Assembly: GCA_951406725.2 (NCBI GenBank)
Contig: OX597818.1
Location: 142,724,001-142,788,000 of the forward strand
Direction: 5' to 3'
Origin: Octopus vulgaris
Lineage: Eukaryota
DNA length: 64,000 bases
Shown here piece after piece: positions 38,601 to 52,400 of this stretch. How positions within the stretch are numbered: position 1 is the stretch's first letter; each line of letters opens with the position of its first letter. Position numbers and translations under genes: made by a program. The notes beneath the pieces were generated by a model that saw only the letters and a list, made by a program, of their open reading frames with translations, searched no databases and was not told the DNA's origin.

Positions 38601-39619
38601 ATCTAGCACCTGTGCCGGTGGCACGTAAAAAGCACCCACTACACTCACGGAGTGGTTGGCATTAGGAAGGGCATCCAGCCGTAGAAACATTGCCAGATCA
38701 GACTGGGCCTGGTGCAGCCTTCTGGCTTCCCAGACCCCAGTTGAACCGTCCAACCCATGCTAGCATGGAAAGCGGACGTTAAACGATGATGATGATGATG
38801 AATTTGACATTAAGAAAAGGCATTCAGTCAAATAAACTATGACAAAAGCAGGCATAGGAACCCAATGCAGTCCTCTGAGTCACCAGCTCCTGTCAATCCA
38901 TCCAACCTATGCCAGCATGGGAAATGGATGTTAAATGGTGATGATGAAGATGAAAGGATAAAGGTAAAGTTGACATGAATGAGTTTTGAACAGAGTTGGA
39001 ACAAATACCATAAAGCATTCTAGCAAATGCTCTAATGACTCTGCAAACTTGCTGCCATGATTGAATGTAAAATGAAATAGCCCTTACCTTCCAAACATCT
39101 CGAGATATTTTAAGTGGGGTACACCAACCGACTGAAAAAGTAAAAATAAAAGTAATCTATATATATAAAACTGAGAATGTGTGTCTGTCTGTATGTGTGC
39201 ATCACTAAAACTTGAGAACTACCCAACAGATTTAATTCAAATTTTATACATGTCTTACTTAGGGTCCATGCAGTGTCATGGGCCCCAAATATTTTCAACT
39301 TCTGGCTTAATGTGAGCCTGGAGCAATCTCTAATCTTTTACACTGTTTCTGTATTACGTGTCAAAAGTGAAACAATAACATCTGTATTAATACTTTCACT
39401 TATTATATGGTTTCAATTTCAGTTACTTTCATTATTTATCTATATATATTAGTTTCATTTCTATTACTTACAATTTGTATTTATATACATGTTGTATGTA
39501 TATGTATTTATATATGCATGTATGTATATGTGTGTGTGTGTATATGAGTCCAACCCATGCTAGCATGGAAAGCGGACATTAAATGATGATGATGATATGT
39601 ATATATATTTATTTATGTT

Positions 39620-39650
<31 letters not shown>

Positions 39651-40313
39651 GCATATACGAGTATATATATGTGTGTGTGTGTATATATATATATATGACA
39701 AAAGCAGTGGAAATTTGTGAGAGAGTTCTCTAAAAAATTCAATGAGGAAGGCTGTCTGTGCAGGACAAACAGATTGGACGACCACTGACATCGGAAGAGA
39801 CGGTCAAGTGGGTTTGCCAAAAACTCTTGTGAAGCCCCAAGAAATCCATAAGAAGAACAAGTCTGGAAACCCAGATTCCTGCAACGACAGTTTTGTGCAT
39901 CCTGAGGAAATGCTTGCTAATGAAACCCTACAAGCTGCAACTTGTTCAGGCAATAACAGCAGATGAAAAACAAAAGTGCAAACAACTCTGTGTTGATATG
40001 CAAGAGGGACTTGAGGAAGCCGACTTCAAGGAATGTCTTGTTTTCAGTGATAAGGCCACATTTCATAGGAATGGCAAAGTCAATGAGTTGATATCCACAT
40101 TTGGGGCCGAAGAAAATCCCCATGAGCATGAGAGGGACTCACCAAAAGTGAATGGGTTCTGCACCAGTTTTTGTGAAATTGTTCATGGAATCCACATACC
40201 TTTGGAGGAATAAATCTTATGTTGCTCAACATTAAGCTTGTTTAGTTTCATTTACTTTGACTATGTAGTTTCTGTGATATTTACACTTCAAATGATATAA
40301 AATTTTTTGAAAC

Positions 40314-40410
<97 letters not shown>

Positions 40411-43400
40411 ATATATGGTGTCCCCACCATTGCTGTGTTTACGTTCCCATAACTTAGTGGTTCGGCAAAAGACACTGACAGAATAATTACTAGGCTTACA
40501 AAGAATAAATCCTGTGGTCAATTTTTTTCGACCAAAGGTGGCACTCCAGCATGGTCGCAGTCACAATAAAAAAAACTAACCCATTTTAATCCTGAGCAAG
40601 GCCAGGTATCTCTGCTAGTATTATACTAAATTATAATTTTTATCATAGAAAAATGTCATAAAAAAAAAATGTTATTTTAGACTATATTATTTTTAAACGT
40701 TTCTTACCCATAAGATGAGATACTCTGTTAAGATCTAATTTGAAAGGGTCTGACAGATTTAATTGAAGATATTTGGAGGGCACAGGGAGTCTCAGTGCAT
40801 CAAGATCACCCAACACCAAATCTATCAACCACTGAGGATTTACAACTGACACTCGCCATTCTTTTGCTTTCTCAAACTTCAATCCTTCAGGCCTAAAACA
40901 AAAGCAAATAAGAAAATATATTCGTTAGTTATAACATCTTGTTATTATAATTTAGGTTATTATAGTTTTTGTTATTATAATTCTGGTTATTACAATATGA
41001 TTTTGTTTTCATGTTCAGCAGAATAATTTACTAATTAATATCAACATACCAAATTTGTTTAATCAACTGTGTGTGTGAGAGAGAGAGAAAGAGAAATTAA
41101 ACAGATTTAGGCAGTTAGAATGTGAACAAGGCACCTCAACTTCTGAGCAAGGACCATGACAAAGACCCACTCTCTTCAGTGTAACCTTTGGAGAGATTGG
41201 TGAGTGAGCAGAAGACAGTAGAGCGGAGAGCTCTTTTAGTCTTGTTATGGTCAGGACTTGACAACTGCTCCAGTGCTGGTACTGAGAAAAAATGCATTTA
41301 GTACACACTCTAAAGCAGGTGGCTTACGAGTGAAAATAACACAGAATTGAGAGGCAATCTTAGTTCTGCCTTACCAAGGACTAATGAATCACTACTCTAG
41401 TGCTGGTGCCACAAGAAAATGCACACGGTACACTCTGTAAAATGGTTGCTGGTAGGAAGGGCATCCAGATGTAATGAAAAGTAAGAACACAAGTCTATGA
41501 GAACAGTGGATGTAAAATGATTATGATAAATAGATTTAAAATCACAGTATAGTAATGGTTGGAATGCCTTTAATTATAGGTCTACTGCCGGTGGCATGTA
41601 AAAAGCACCCACTACAGTCTCAGAGTGGTTGATGTTAGGAAGGGCATCCAGCTGTAGAAACTCTGCCGGATCAAGATTGGAGCCTGGTGCAGCCATCTGG
41701 CTCGCCAGCCCTTAGTCAAAATCGTCCAACCCATGCTAGCATGGAAAGCGGACGTTAAACGATGATGATGATGATGATGATGAGCTAGGTCTGACTTAGA
41801 ACTAAACAACACATTCACATAAACACAAAGAGAAAGTGAAGAGCTACTAACTTTTTACAAATCAATACCGAATTACAATGTGTTAAGTAACCGGTGTACT
41901 TGGCGCCAATGGCATGGATCATCTGCTTCACTCGCTGTCGCTCTTCTCCATCAAAGTTGGTCAAAGTAATGATCTTTAACACAAACAGAAACCATATCTT
42001 AGTCTGGATAATAAAACATCAAATATACTTAACGAATAAAACAAATGACTAAATGAATTTTCTTTTTTCTGGTGAAGATATGCATGAAGCTTTTTAAAAA
42101 GTTATTTATTATTATAGTAATTCCTTGACTATCGCAGGTGTTACGTTTCAAAACCCACTGCAAAAGGTGAAAATCCGCAAAGTAGAAACTGCTGTGCATT
42201 TTTTAAAATTATAATTATAAATTGTATATATTTATTTTATTATAAATGCAAAACACCACACACACGCCTTGCGAGTTTCTTTTTCCATACAGTATGTGAG
42301 AGTCATTGTTCACTCATCTACGGTACACTACGTATTTAATATATTTTGATTAATGCAGTGTAGTACAGTACTGTATTTTTATTTATTAATTTATTAATTT
42401 TGAGGCGTGAAAATGCTTATTTTACCACAGAAATAATTAAAATCTAAAAAAATATAAATATCCATCAGCTGCAGAAACCCACAATATACTGAGGAGTCTG
42501 CGATATAAATTTACATATTTCACCCTTTTTGGATAGACATGTGACTGGTGACGAAACATAGATCTTCTATCAAAATGTGAAACGTCGTAAACAGTGGCTT
42601 GGTAAAAGGAAAAAAGTTCAACCACAATCAAGAAGGGAACTTCATAGAAAAACGGTTCTTCTCTCTAACTGGTGGGATTGCAAAGGAGTAATTCACTTTG
42701 AATTGTTACCACCTAATGCAACAAGCAATGCTCAAGTCTACTATCAGCAATTAGAGCGCTTGAACCAAGCTTTGAAGAAAAAAAAACCCACTTTAGTGAA
42801 TCGAAAATGAGTGATATTTCATCAGGACACAGATCAGATCACAGAAGATCGAAGAGCTTGGTTGGGAAAAAATTCCTCATCCACCTTATTCTCCTGACCT
42901 TGCTCCTTCAGACTACCATTTGTTTCATAGTTTACAGAATCATATGGGGGGACATAACTTTTGCAAGCCAGGAGGAGGTCGAAACTGACATTTCTGAGTT
43001 CTTCGCTTTGAAACCAAAAGAGTTTTACATTGATGGGATTAAAAAGCTTGTAAATAGATGGAAGGAAATCATAGATAATCAGGGAAAGTACATTGAAGAT
43101 TAAATTTCAATTAAATATAACATTTGATCACTTGTTTTCTTTATTCAAAATTCAGACAGAACTTATGGGATGACCTGATACTTATGCTCTTGTAGGCACT
43201 GAATTCACAAACCTTTATTTCTATAAAGAGGATTTGGGTCAAACGCACTGAACAGCTGCATCAAATTAAAGCTTTGAGAGGCCAATCCCAGTCAGAGCAC
43301 ATTAATATAAGCATGAATGAGTGAAAAGGATGTCTGATATGGCACTAGCAATAAACAAGGATGGAACTGTTTAAAACAGGAACAAGTGGTCAGGTTATCA

Positions 43401-46400
43401 TTAAAATAAGTTAATTTTATTTAGTCAAGATAATATTAGTAAGATATTTTTTTAATAACTTCTATTGGGTGGGACTGCAGACCTAAATACTTGAAAAGAA
43501 AACCAGAACAAGTGTTAAACAATGGAGTGTTATTCCTAATGTTAGCAGCTTTGATGTGATGCTGAAAGTAAAGAGATCTTTATTTTTCAGTAAGGTTCAC
43601 TTAAAAAAAAGGGGTACAAGAAGCAATATGCTTTACTTTTAGAATTAGGGTCTTAAACTACTATTACTTCAAATTTTTATCAATGTCATTTAAAATTAAT
43701 TCCCACTTAAACGTGAATGTTTTGTGAGAACCAACTTTACTGCAGTGGATGCCATGAGAGAAACTCTCATATAGGCGTTTGATGCCCTAAAAACCTATGA
43801 GAGTTTTCTCATGGCATCCACTGCAGTATAGTCTGTTCTAACAGAACATCCACATTTAAGTGGGAATAAATATTATCTCTCGGTATTAATACTGCCTCTG
43901 CTGCTAATATATATCATTTGAAATTAAATATATTTAAGTATAACCTCAAGCAATTAGTAATTTGAAATCAGGACTTTATGGGTATAGGCATAGTTGTGTA
44001 GTGAAAAAGTTCACTTTGCAACTGGATGGTTTCTGATTCTGGTTAATTGCTTTCAATCATAAATTCAGGTCAACCAAAATCTTGAGGGTGAAATTTGGTA
44101 GATAGAAACAGTATGAACGTCAGCTGGGGTATCCCTGTTCTTGAATGGTAGACTTCATCTGCAGCCAGGTTTAATACCACAAACTGACCTATAAGGGGCT
44201 TTTAGTGAAATCTAGTATGCTGCAAGAATTTGGGTCACTCTCCAAAGATAACTTACTTCCTTTTTCCTGCTGACTAAGCTTTTAATATAAATTCTAACAA
44301 AATTTTAAGAAATAAACTTTAACTGAAAATGTGTAGTAAACATTGCTATCTCTCATTTCCCAGCATTCTGTTGTAAAATATATAATCAAACAATTTAATA
44401 GAATGTTCCAGTCCATGCTTAAGTAAAAAAGATTGAACAAATGTCAAGAGACGGATGAGGAAACAAAAACATATTCCTTGGACAGTTTTGTTTGTTTTGA
44501 GAATTGAAGTTCTGCATAGCTGCCCTATACAGAGAGCAACAACTGGTGTTAGCTGATAGGAGTACTGACCTTCTAACCAAAGGATCACTGCCCCATGTCT
44601 CACCACCGAAATTAATTAATGAGATGCTGTTATCCAACCCATGCTAGCATGGGTTGGATAACATTTCATTAATGAATTAACTGTAATTAATTAATTAATT
44701 AATTAATCAACTGTAATAATTAACTGTAATTAATTAACTGTAATAGCTATTGTGTGGGCAGATGGAATGAACTAACAAGAGTTAAGTATTTTGTTTTGTA
44801 AGTTAACTGTGTTGCATTCAAATCCACAATTGGGTGAAATTTTGGAACAAAACTCCAGAATTTAACCCACAACTCACACAGCTCTAAAATAAAATAGCAC
44901 ATTGCCTAAAAAAAAAAAAAAGCACAACACACACTCCTCAAAAATAGCACAACAAATTGCATCAAGTCAAAAGACATGCATATTCACAGTTACTGATGCA
45001 CAAAGAACATAAAAACGCAAAACATACAACTCAATGATATCAGTACAACATACTACAATTCATTTAGAACAAATAACAACACATGTGGTCAAAGAGTGTA
45101 ATGACAGAGACAACTTGTAATATATTGCTAAAAAACGTAATCAACCCTTTAGCATTTAAACTGGTCACATCCAGCCAAAATATGTTCAAACCTGCCAGAT
45201 TTGGTCTCTCACACCAACCCTACAATGCCATTCTAAAAATGGAGGGTTCATCTCATCAAAATTTCAAAGCTAAGAGATAATGCATAGTTAATTCAAATCA
45301 AATAGAAAAAAATAAGCATTATATTTGATGGATTAATGTAAATGCTACGGGGTTAAGGATCTCACATCAGTAAATAAAATAACAACAAACACATCAACAA
45401 CAAAATGTAAATAGGGATCAGAGAAGCCACTTACTTGGTTACTGCAAGGTTTCTTATCACCATAAATGATAGGTAAATGCATCACTTGACAAGGAGGGAA
45501 CATTTTCTTTTTAACTAAAACATCATTTAACCAGTATGCAGTTACAACTCTCTTCTGGTCTCGGAGAGCCTGTCAATAAAGGGGACAATAAATATACATA
45601 TTCGTTAAGACAGTGAGCAGAAGGAAAAACAAAAATGATTTAATTCATTTTATCGATCCCGAATGATGAAAGCACAGTCGACTTCAGCAGAATTTGTACT
45701 TAGACCGTACAGGGCAAAAAGAAACGCAAGAAAACATTTTGTCCGACGCGCTAACGATCCCTGCCAGCTCTGTCTTAATAACAATAAAGACTTATGTACC
45801 GTACAAGAATTTTGTTCGGATTTTATACAGGAATACAAAAATATATCGATATATCAGTAAACAAAATACAACACAAAATGAAGAAAGTAAATTCCCTTAA
45901 AGTCTTCAAAAGTTGGCAAGATGCTCTCCATTTAAAGAGGAAAACTGTTAAAAAAATTATCAGCCGAGACAGTGAGCAGAAGAAAAAATGAAAACAATTT
46001 AATTCATTTTATCGATCCCGAATGATGAAAGCTCAGTCGACTTCAGCAGAATTTGTACTTAGACCGTACAGGGCAAAAAGAAATGCAACAAAACATTTTG
46101 TCCGACGCGCTAACGATCCCTGCCAGCTCTGTCTTAATAACAATAAAGACTTATGTACCGTACAAGAATTTTGTTCGGATTTTATACAGGAATACAAAAA
46201 TATATCGATATATCATCATCATCATCATCGTTTAACGTCCGTTCTCCATGCTAGCATGGGTTGGACGGTTCGACTGGGGATCTGGGAAGCCAGAAGGCTG
46301 CACCAGGCTCCGGTCTTATCTGGCAAAGTTTCTACAGCTGGATGCCCTTCCTAACGCCAACCACTCCGAGAGTGTAGTGGGTGCTTTTTACGTGCCACCA

Positions 46401-49400
46401 TCAGTAAACAAAATATAACACAAAATGAAGAAAGTAAATTCCCTTAAAGTCTTCAAAAGTTGGCAAGATGCTCTCCATTTAAAGAGGAAAACTGATAAAA
46501 AAATTATCAGCCGAGACAGTGAGCAGAAGAAAAAATGAAAATAATTTAATTAAGTTTTATTAACTGTTTAGATTACATTTTATTATACATTAATATCATC
46601 ATTGAAATGTCCACTTTTCCAACTTTGTATGGGTCAGACAGAATTTTGATGAAGCTGATTTTCTGCAGCTGGATGCTCTCCCTGCTGCCAACCCTAACCT
46701 GTTTCCAGGTGCAGAAATTTTTTTTCATGATCAGACATGTTTTCACAGAAAATTGGAAATGAAGGATACAGCTTGCATGGTGGAGACATTTGTTTCCAAC
46801 TATCACACAAATGTCAAGGCAAGAAGACAATCTCTTTCTCACACACACACACCGGGCTTCTTTCAGTTTCTGTCTACAAAGTTCATTTACAAAGTTTTTG
46901 CTGGCCTGGAACTATAGCAAATATTTGCATTCAGATGCCATGCAGTAGGATTGAACCCAGAACCATGTGGCTGAGAAGCAAACTTCTAACCACATAGTCA
47001 CACCTGTGCCCCTAGCCACACCTGCACCTATCAATATTTTATAAAATAAAATATTAAACTCTAGTATATTGGATTCTAATAAATTATCGACTCTTATAGC
47101 AGTTGTGTAACATGGCATATTATACTGTAATATTCCACCGAGTCCGCCGAGGACGACTTTGCCTTTCATCCTTTAGGGGTCGATAAAATTAAGTACCAGT
47201 TACGCAGTGGGGTCGATGTAATCGATTTAATCCGTTTGTCTGTCCTTGTTTGTCTCCTCTATGTTTAGCCCCTTGTGGGTAATAAAGAAACATATTATAC
47301 TGTAATATGGGTTCTTTTCCTAAAGACAATTTAGGCCCCCAAATCAAAATGGCCTATTATACAAGTCAGCATATTATGCATGGACTTGCATAGTAATTAA
47401 TAACAATTTTGAAATAGTGGACTTAAAAAATACTGAAACAAACAGTGATATTTTAGGGGACACAAATAAAAATACTCTAATGCAACTTACCAAATGGAAA
47501 ACATCACTCTGCTGACTGGCACATAAAACATGAGTGATACGATTGGAGTAGGAATTGTCAACTTGGCCACCCCGCTGTTCAATAATCTGAAAAATAGGAA
47601 ATAAAATGTAAATAAATTACATGGGAATTATACAAGATAAAATGAATGGATGTGTTAAATAAATAAATGTTATCATTTCTCACATCAGGGATAGCATGAA
47701 CAGAACCCAAATGCCCCAGTTTAAAAGCATCGGTCAACTGACTTTGAGCAAATCATTTACTTTTCTTTATGTGCTATGAATGTAGACATGTGATATATTT
47801 TCCCATTTATTTATTTCCTACAGACACTGATCATAGCCCCTACTAATTTTTAATTGGTTGTAGAGCACTCTCAGAGAATAAATGCTTCAATTCAGACCTG
47901 GATGAGGTGGTGAAATATTATTTTTGGATGCTGAGCCTCAAAGAGGCGATGACAAGTGACAGAGACTTTTAGCAATTTGCTGCGCTTAAGAAGACACGTC
48001 AAGCTAAGTAAAACTATAGTCGTGACCAGTTCCGGTGGCACATGAAAGGGCTCCCATTCCAGTGACACATGTGAGGCACCTGTGTCACAGACATGTTGAA
48101 CGCACTTCTGCAAGTGACACATAAAAGACACACAGTACACTCTACAGAGTAGTTGGCATTAGGGAGGGCATCCAGCCATATAAACCAAGCCAAAACAGAC
48201 AACTGGGGCCTGGTGTAGCTCTCCGGCTTACCAGTTCCAGTCAATATTTATTAAAGAAGAGGGAACGATGGCAAGACAATGAACAGACTAAATGTTTTAC
48301 TATCCTTTGTTTCACTTGATGCTGTTTAGCATTAGTGCTAATCCAACCTACCTATGATCAAAGATATTCCAGCCATAACAATCTTCTCTAATTTTAAGAC
48401 AGTGTATATAGGATTACATTATCAAATGTAGCCTTCCCTTTTGAAGATGGTAGGCTATGACAAGGGCTACATAGCTGTCATTTTAGCAGATTGAATGACC
48501 ACATAGAGGCTCCTTATTGGTTTGTGTTTGTTCAGTACTTTACTGTTCTGGGTTTAAACTCATCAACGTTTCATAAATTGTGGATTAGTAGTATACTAAT
48601 CTACAATGGTTGATTCAGATGTATTTTCTCTCTATTCAAAAAGATCATCATCGTTTAATGTCCGCTTTCCATGCTAGCATGGGTTGGACGGTTCAACTGG
48701 GGTCTGGGAAGCCCAAAGGCTGCACCAGGCCAGTCAGATCTGGCAGTGTTTCTACAGCTGGATGCCCTTCCTAACGCCAACCACTCCGTGAGTGTAGTGG
48801 GTGCTTTTTATGTGCCACCGACACAGGTGCCAGATGAGGCTGGCGAACGGCCACGCTCGGATGGTGTTTTTTTACGTGCCACCGGCACGGAGGCCAGGCA
48901 AGGCTGGCACAGCCACGATCGGATGGTGTTTGTTACGTGCCACCAGCACGGAGGCCAGTCGATGCGGTACTGGCTACGGCCACGTTCAGATGGTTTTCTT
49001 ATGTGCCACCGGCACTGGTACCACAAAACTACAAATTCCATTGATGTTGATCGATTTTGATTTGATTCTTTGATTTTGCTCACATGTGTAACAATGGTGT
49101 CCCTAACAATATCATTTAACTATTAATAGCTCAGTCAACTAAGCTGCAAGTAGGTACCATTGTGTGATATAATCTTTTACTTGTTCCAGCCATTTGACTA
49201 CGGCCACGCTTGCACACTGTCTTGAAGGCATTAATCAAACAAACTGACCCCCAGTATTTATTTATAAGTCGGGTACTTATTCTATCAGTTATTTTTTTTT
49301 TGCTGAAGTGCTAAGTTATGGGGACATAAACAAACCAACACAACACAAAAACACACATACACATTATATAATGGGCATCCATCAACCAAATTCAATCACA

Positions 49401-52400
49401 AGCCATTGGTTGGCCCAAGACTGTAGTTGAAGACTGCCCAGGGGAACTGAAACCAAAACTGTGTGGTTGCCAAGAAAGCTTCTTAACCACAAAGCTATGC
49501 TTGGGCTTATATAAACAGAAAAAGAAAACAAAACAGAAATTTAGGAAGTAGAATATTACTTGTTTCCAAATTCCAACTGGTTCAGATCCTAGTATTTTAT
49601 GATAATCTGTGATATAAAACACACATCCTAACAAAGGGAGATCTGCAGTAACTGAAAATAAACAAAAAAAAAGAAAATTAAAACATGTAATGGGTGGTGG
49701 TGGTGGTGGTAGTAGTAGTAGTAAGAAGGAGGATGGGGAGGAGGAGAGGAAGAGGTGTGATGGGGGGGGTAGAACAAGAATAAGAACAAGGAGGGGGGGA
49801 ATGGGGAGGAGGAGAGGAAGAGGTGTGATGGGGGGGTAGAACAAGAATAAGAACAAGGAGGGGGGGAATGGGGAGGAGAGGAAGAGGTGTGATGGGGGGG
49901 TAGAACAAGAATAAGAACAAGGAGGGGGGGGGGGGGGAATGGGGAGGAGGAGAGGAAGAGGTGTGATGGGGGGGGAGAACAAGAATAAGAACAAGGGGGG
50001 ATGGGGAGGAGGAGGAGGATGGGAAGAACAAGGAGTCGGGGTGGAGAGGAGGGGGAGGAGGATGGGAGGAAGAACAAGAAGAACAAGAACAAGGAGGAGG
50101 GGTGGGGAGGAGGGGGAGGCAGAAGAAGAAAAAGAACTGCAAGTATATGATAGTTTTTTTTTTTAAAGTTTCTGTCTCCCAAGGCTTTGGTTATTGTAGA
50201 GCTACAGTAAGAAATACTTTCCTTAAGGCCCTGTGCAGTGGGACTGAACCTGAAACCACATGGCTGAGAAACGAATTTCTTAACCACACAGCCAATGCCT
50301 GTGTGCATAAGTGACTGTGTCTATGTGCACAAACATGCATGTAGATGCAGACATGTTTGTGTGAATAGAGTCCACTTTATAACAATGTGGTCTTGAGTTC
50401 TATCTCACAGTTTGGCACTATAGGCAAATGTCTTTGACCGTAGCCCAGGGCCAATTAAAGAGCAGAACTGCCTATTACAAAAGTTAGTTCTGAACAATTT
50501 ATGTCTCTCACTTTTCGTGGTTGTGAAATATTTTTTTAGCAAGATTTGATCTCCAGTTATGCCTGGCCTCTGAACTCAGTGAGGGAGCCATCTTTTCTGT
50601 TTTCATAATTTCTCATAGTGTATCATCCCTCCTCCTTACTCATACCCACTAGTCTTATACTGAACATGTCACCCAATCCTTCCACTTTATAATTACATTT
50701 GTCTAAAAACCCTTCACTTTTTCAGTCATGTTTTCAATTGCTGCTAGCTTTCAAGCGAAATTTATTATTGCCTAAACTGTTTCCACTGAAGAGCATTATC
50801 TTGTTTTCTTGCTTTCTTGGACTAACTGATGAAGATAAAACAAAAAAAATTTAGTTACTCATTTTGTTTTTATACTTTTCTATATTTTTGCTTTTGTTAA
50901 AACATTTCATGTAAAGACACAGAACTTATAAGCAGGGGCCAACCATCATAGGGCACATCAGAAAGTGATAAGTGCAGAATTTGTGGACAAAATGGTGAAA
51001 CCGTATGGCATATTACCAGTCAGTGTACACCACTAGCACAGAAAGAATATAAGACACGTCATGACAAGGATTGTCCATTGGACAGAGCAAAAAAGTGGAA
51101 TGACCATAAACCCAAAGACATCATCAAAAATGATAATGCAAAGATTCTGTGGGACTTTATGATTCAGTGCAACCATGAGATAGAGAATAGGAAGCCAGAC
51201 ATATGAGAAAGAAACCAAACTATGCTGGATCACAGATATAGCATGCCCAGCTGACAACAAGGTATGCGATAAGGAAGAAAGAAAAGTCGATAGATATGAA
51301 AGGTTAGCTTGGGAGGTTGAAACTGCACATGCATATCCCGGCATGTGTGTACAACACACACACACACACATGCATATGGCCACAGTTTAATGACAGAAAC
51401 CAGTACAAAAACAAAAGAATATTCACCATCAACTTTCAATGATGATGATCATCATCATCATTAATATTAGAAAAAGAAGTTAATAGACACTCACTCTTAT
51501 CTCCTGGGTCATGACCCCAATACTGGGGAGTAGCAGAAGCTTGGTTAGTTTGAGCCACTTGTGGGGTACCATAGGCTGGCATACGAGGTAGAACATTCAG
51601 CCCTAACATTTGGCTGATCTGAAATAAAAAGAAAGCAACATTCCAAGAATGTATAGATGTAAACATAACAGGTTGAGCAGATCCAATTTATGAATCTTCA
51701 TTGAGATATACCGTAAATCTTCGAGTATAGTCTGCCCTTGAGTATAATACGCAGGGGATTATTAGGGGGTTGTACCTCTGAAAAACCTAAATTTTGTGTA
51801 TAATACGCACTCCTTCTCTAACTTGAGTCATGCGTAATTAAACCAGCGGCACCTAGTCGAACAAACACTTCCACGCATGCATAATAAAATAATGGTGATG
51901 TTCTTAACTGTTATATGGGAATGTAAATATGTTTGAAAATTGTTTTTGTTACATGTTATTGTGTGTTCTGAATACTTTTATTTTAATAAATATTGCTTAC
52001 TGCAAGTTATGGATGGTTCTTTTATGACTTCATTGCTTTCAGGCTTAGCTTAAGGTATTTTCGCGCCCGACATCACAAAATGCATCTGAATAAACATCAG
52101 CAAATAGAGACTCCGACATTGCTTAGAAAATATTTTTCATTTTTAACCTCGTATATAGTACACACTAGGGATTTTGCCCTTTAAATTTTGGGGGAAAAAT
52201 GCAGATTATACTCGAGGATTTACGGTAGCTAAATCACTAAACAGAAAACTACAGCAGTTAGACCAGGCTAAAGTGCTACGACTAAGTTCTGAGTTTGAGA
52301 TTACAAACTCTTGAATAAAAATGTCCAACATGGGCATTGCTGTGCTTCATTCAAAGATGGAAAGATTGCCTTCAATGCCTACTACTTATATAAAATTCTT

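Noticed and set aside
49392-50314. Long Pro/Ser-rich ORFs
   Set aside because: Products of the purine minisatellite; only 49560-49651 is a real exon.
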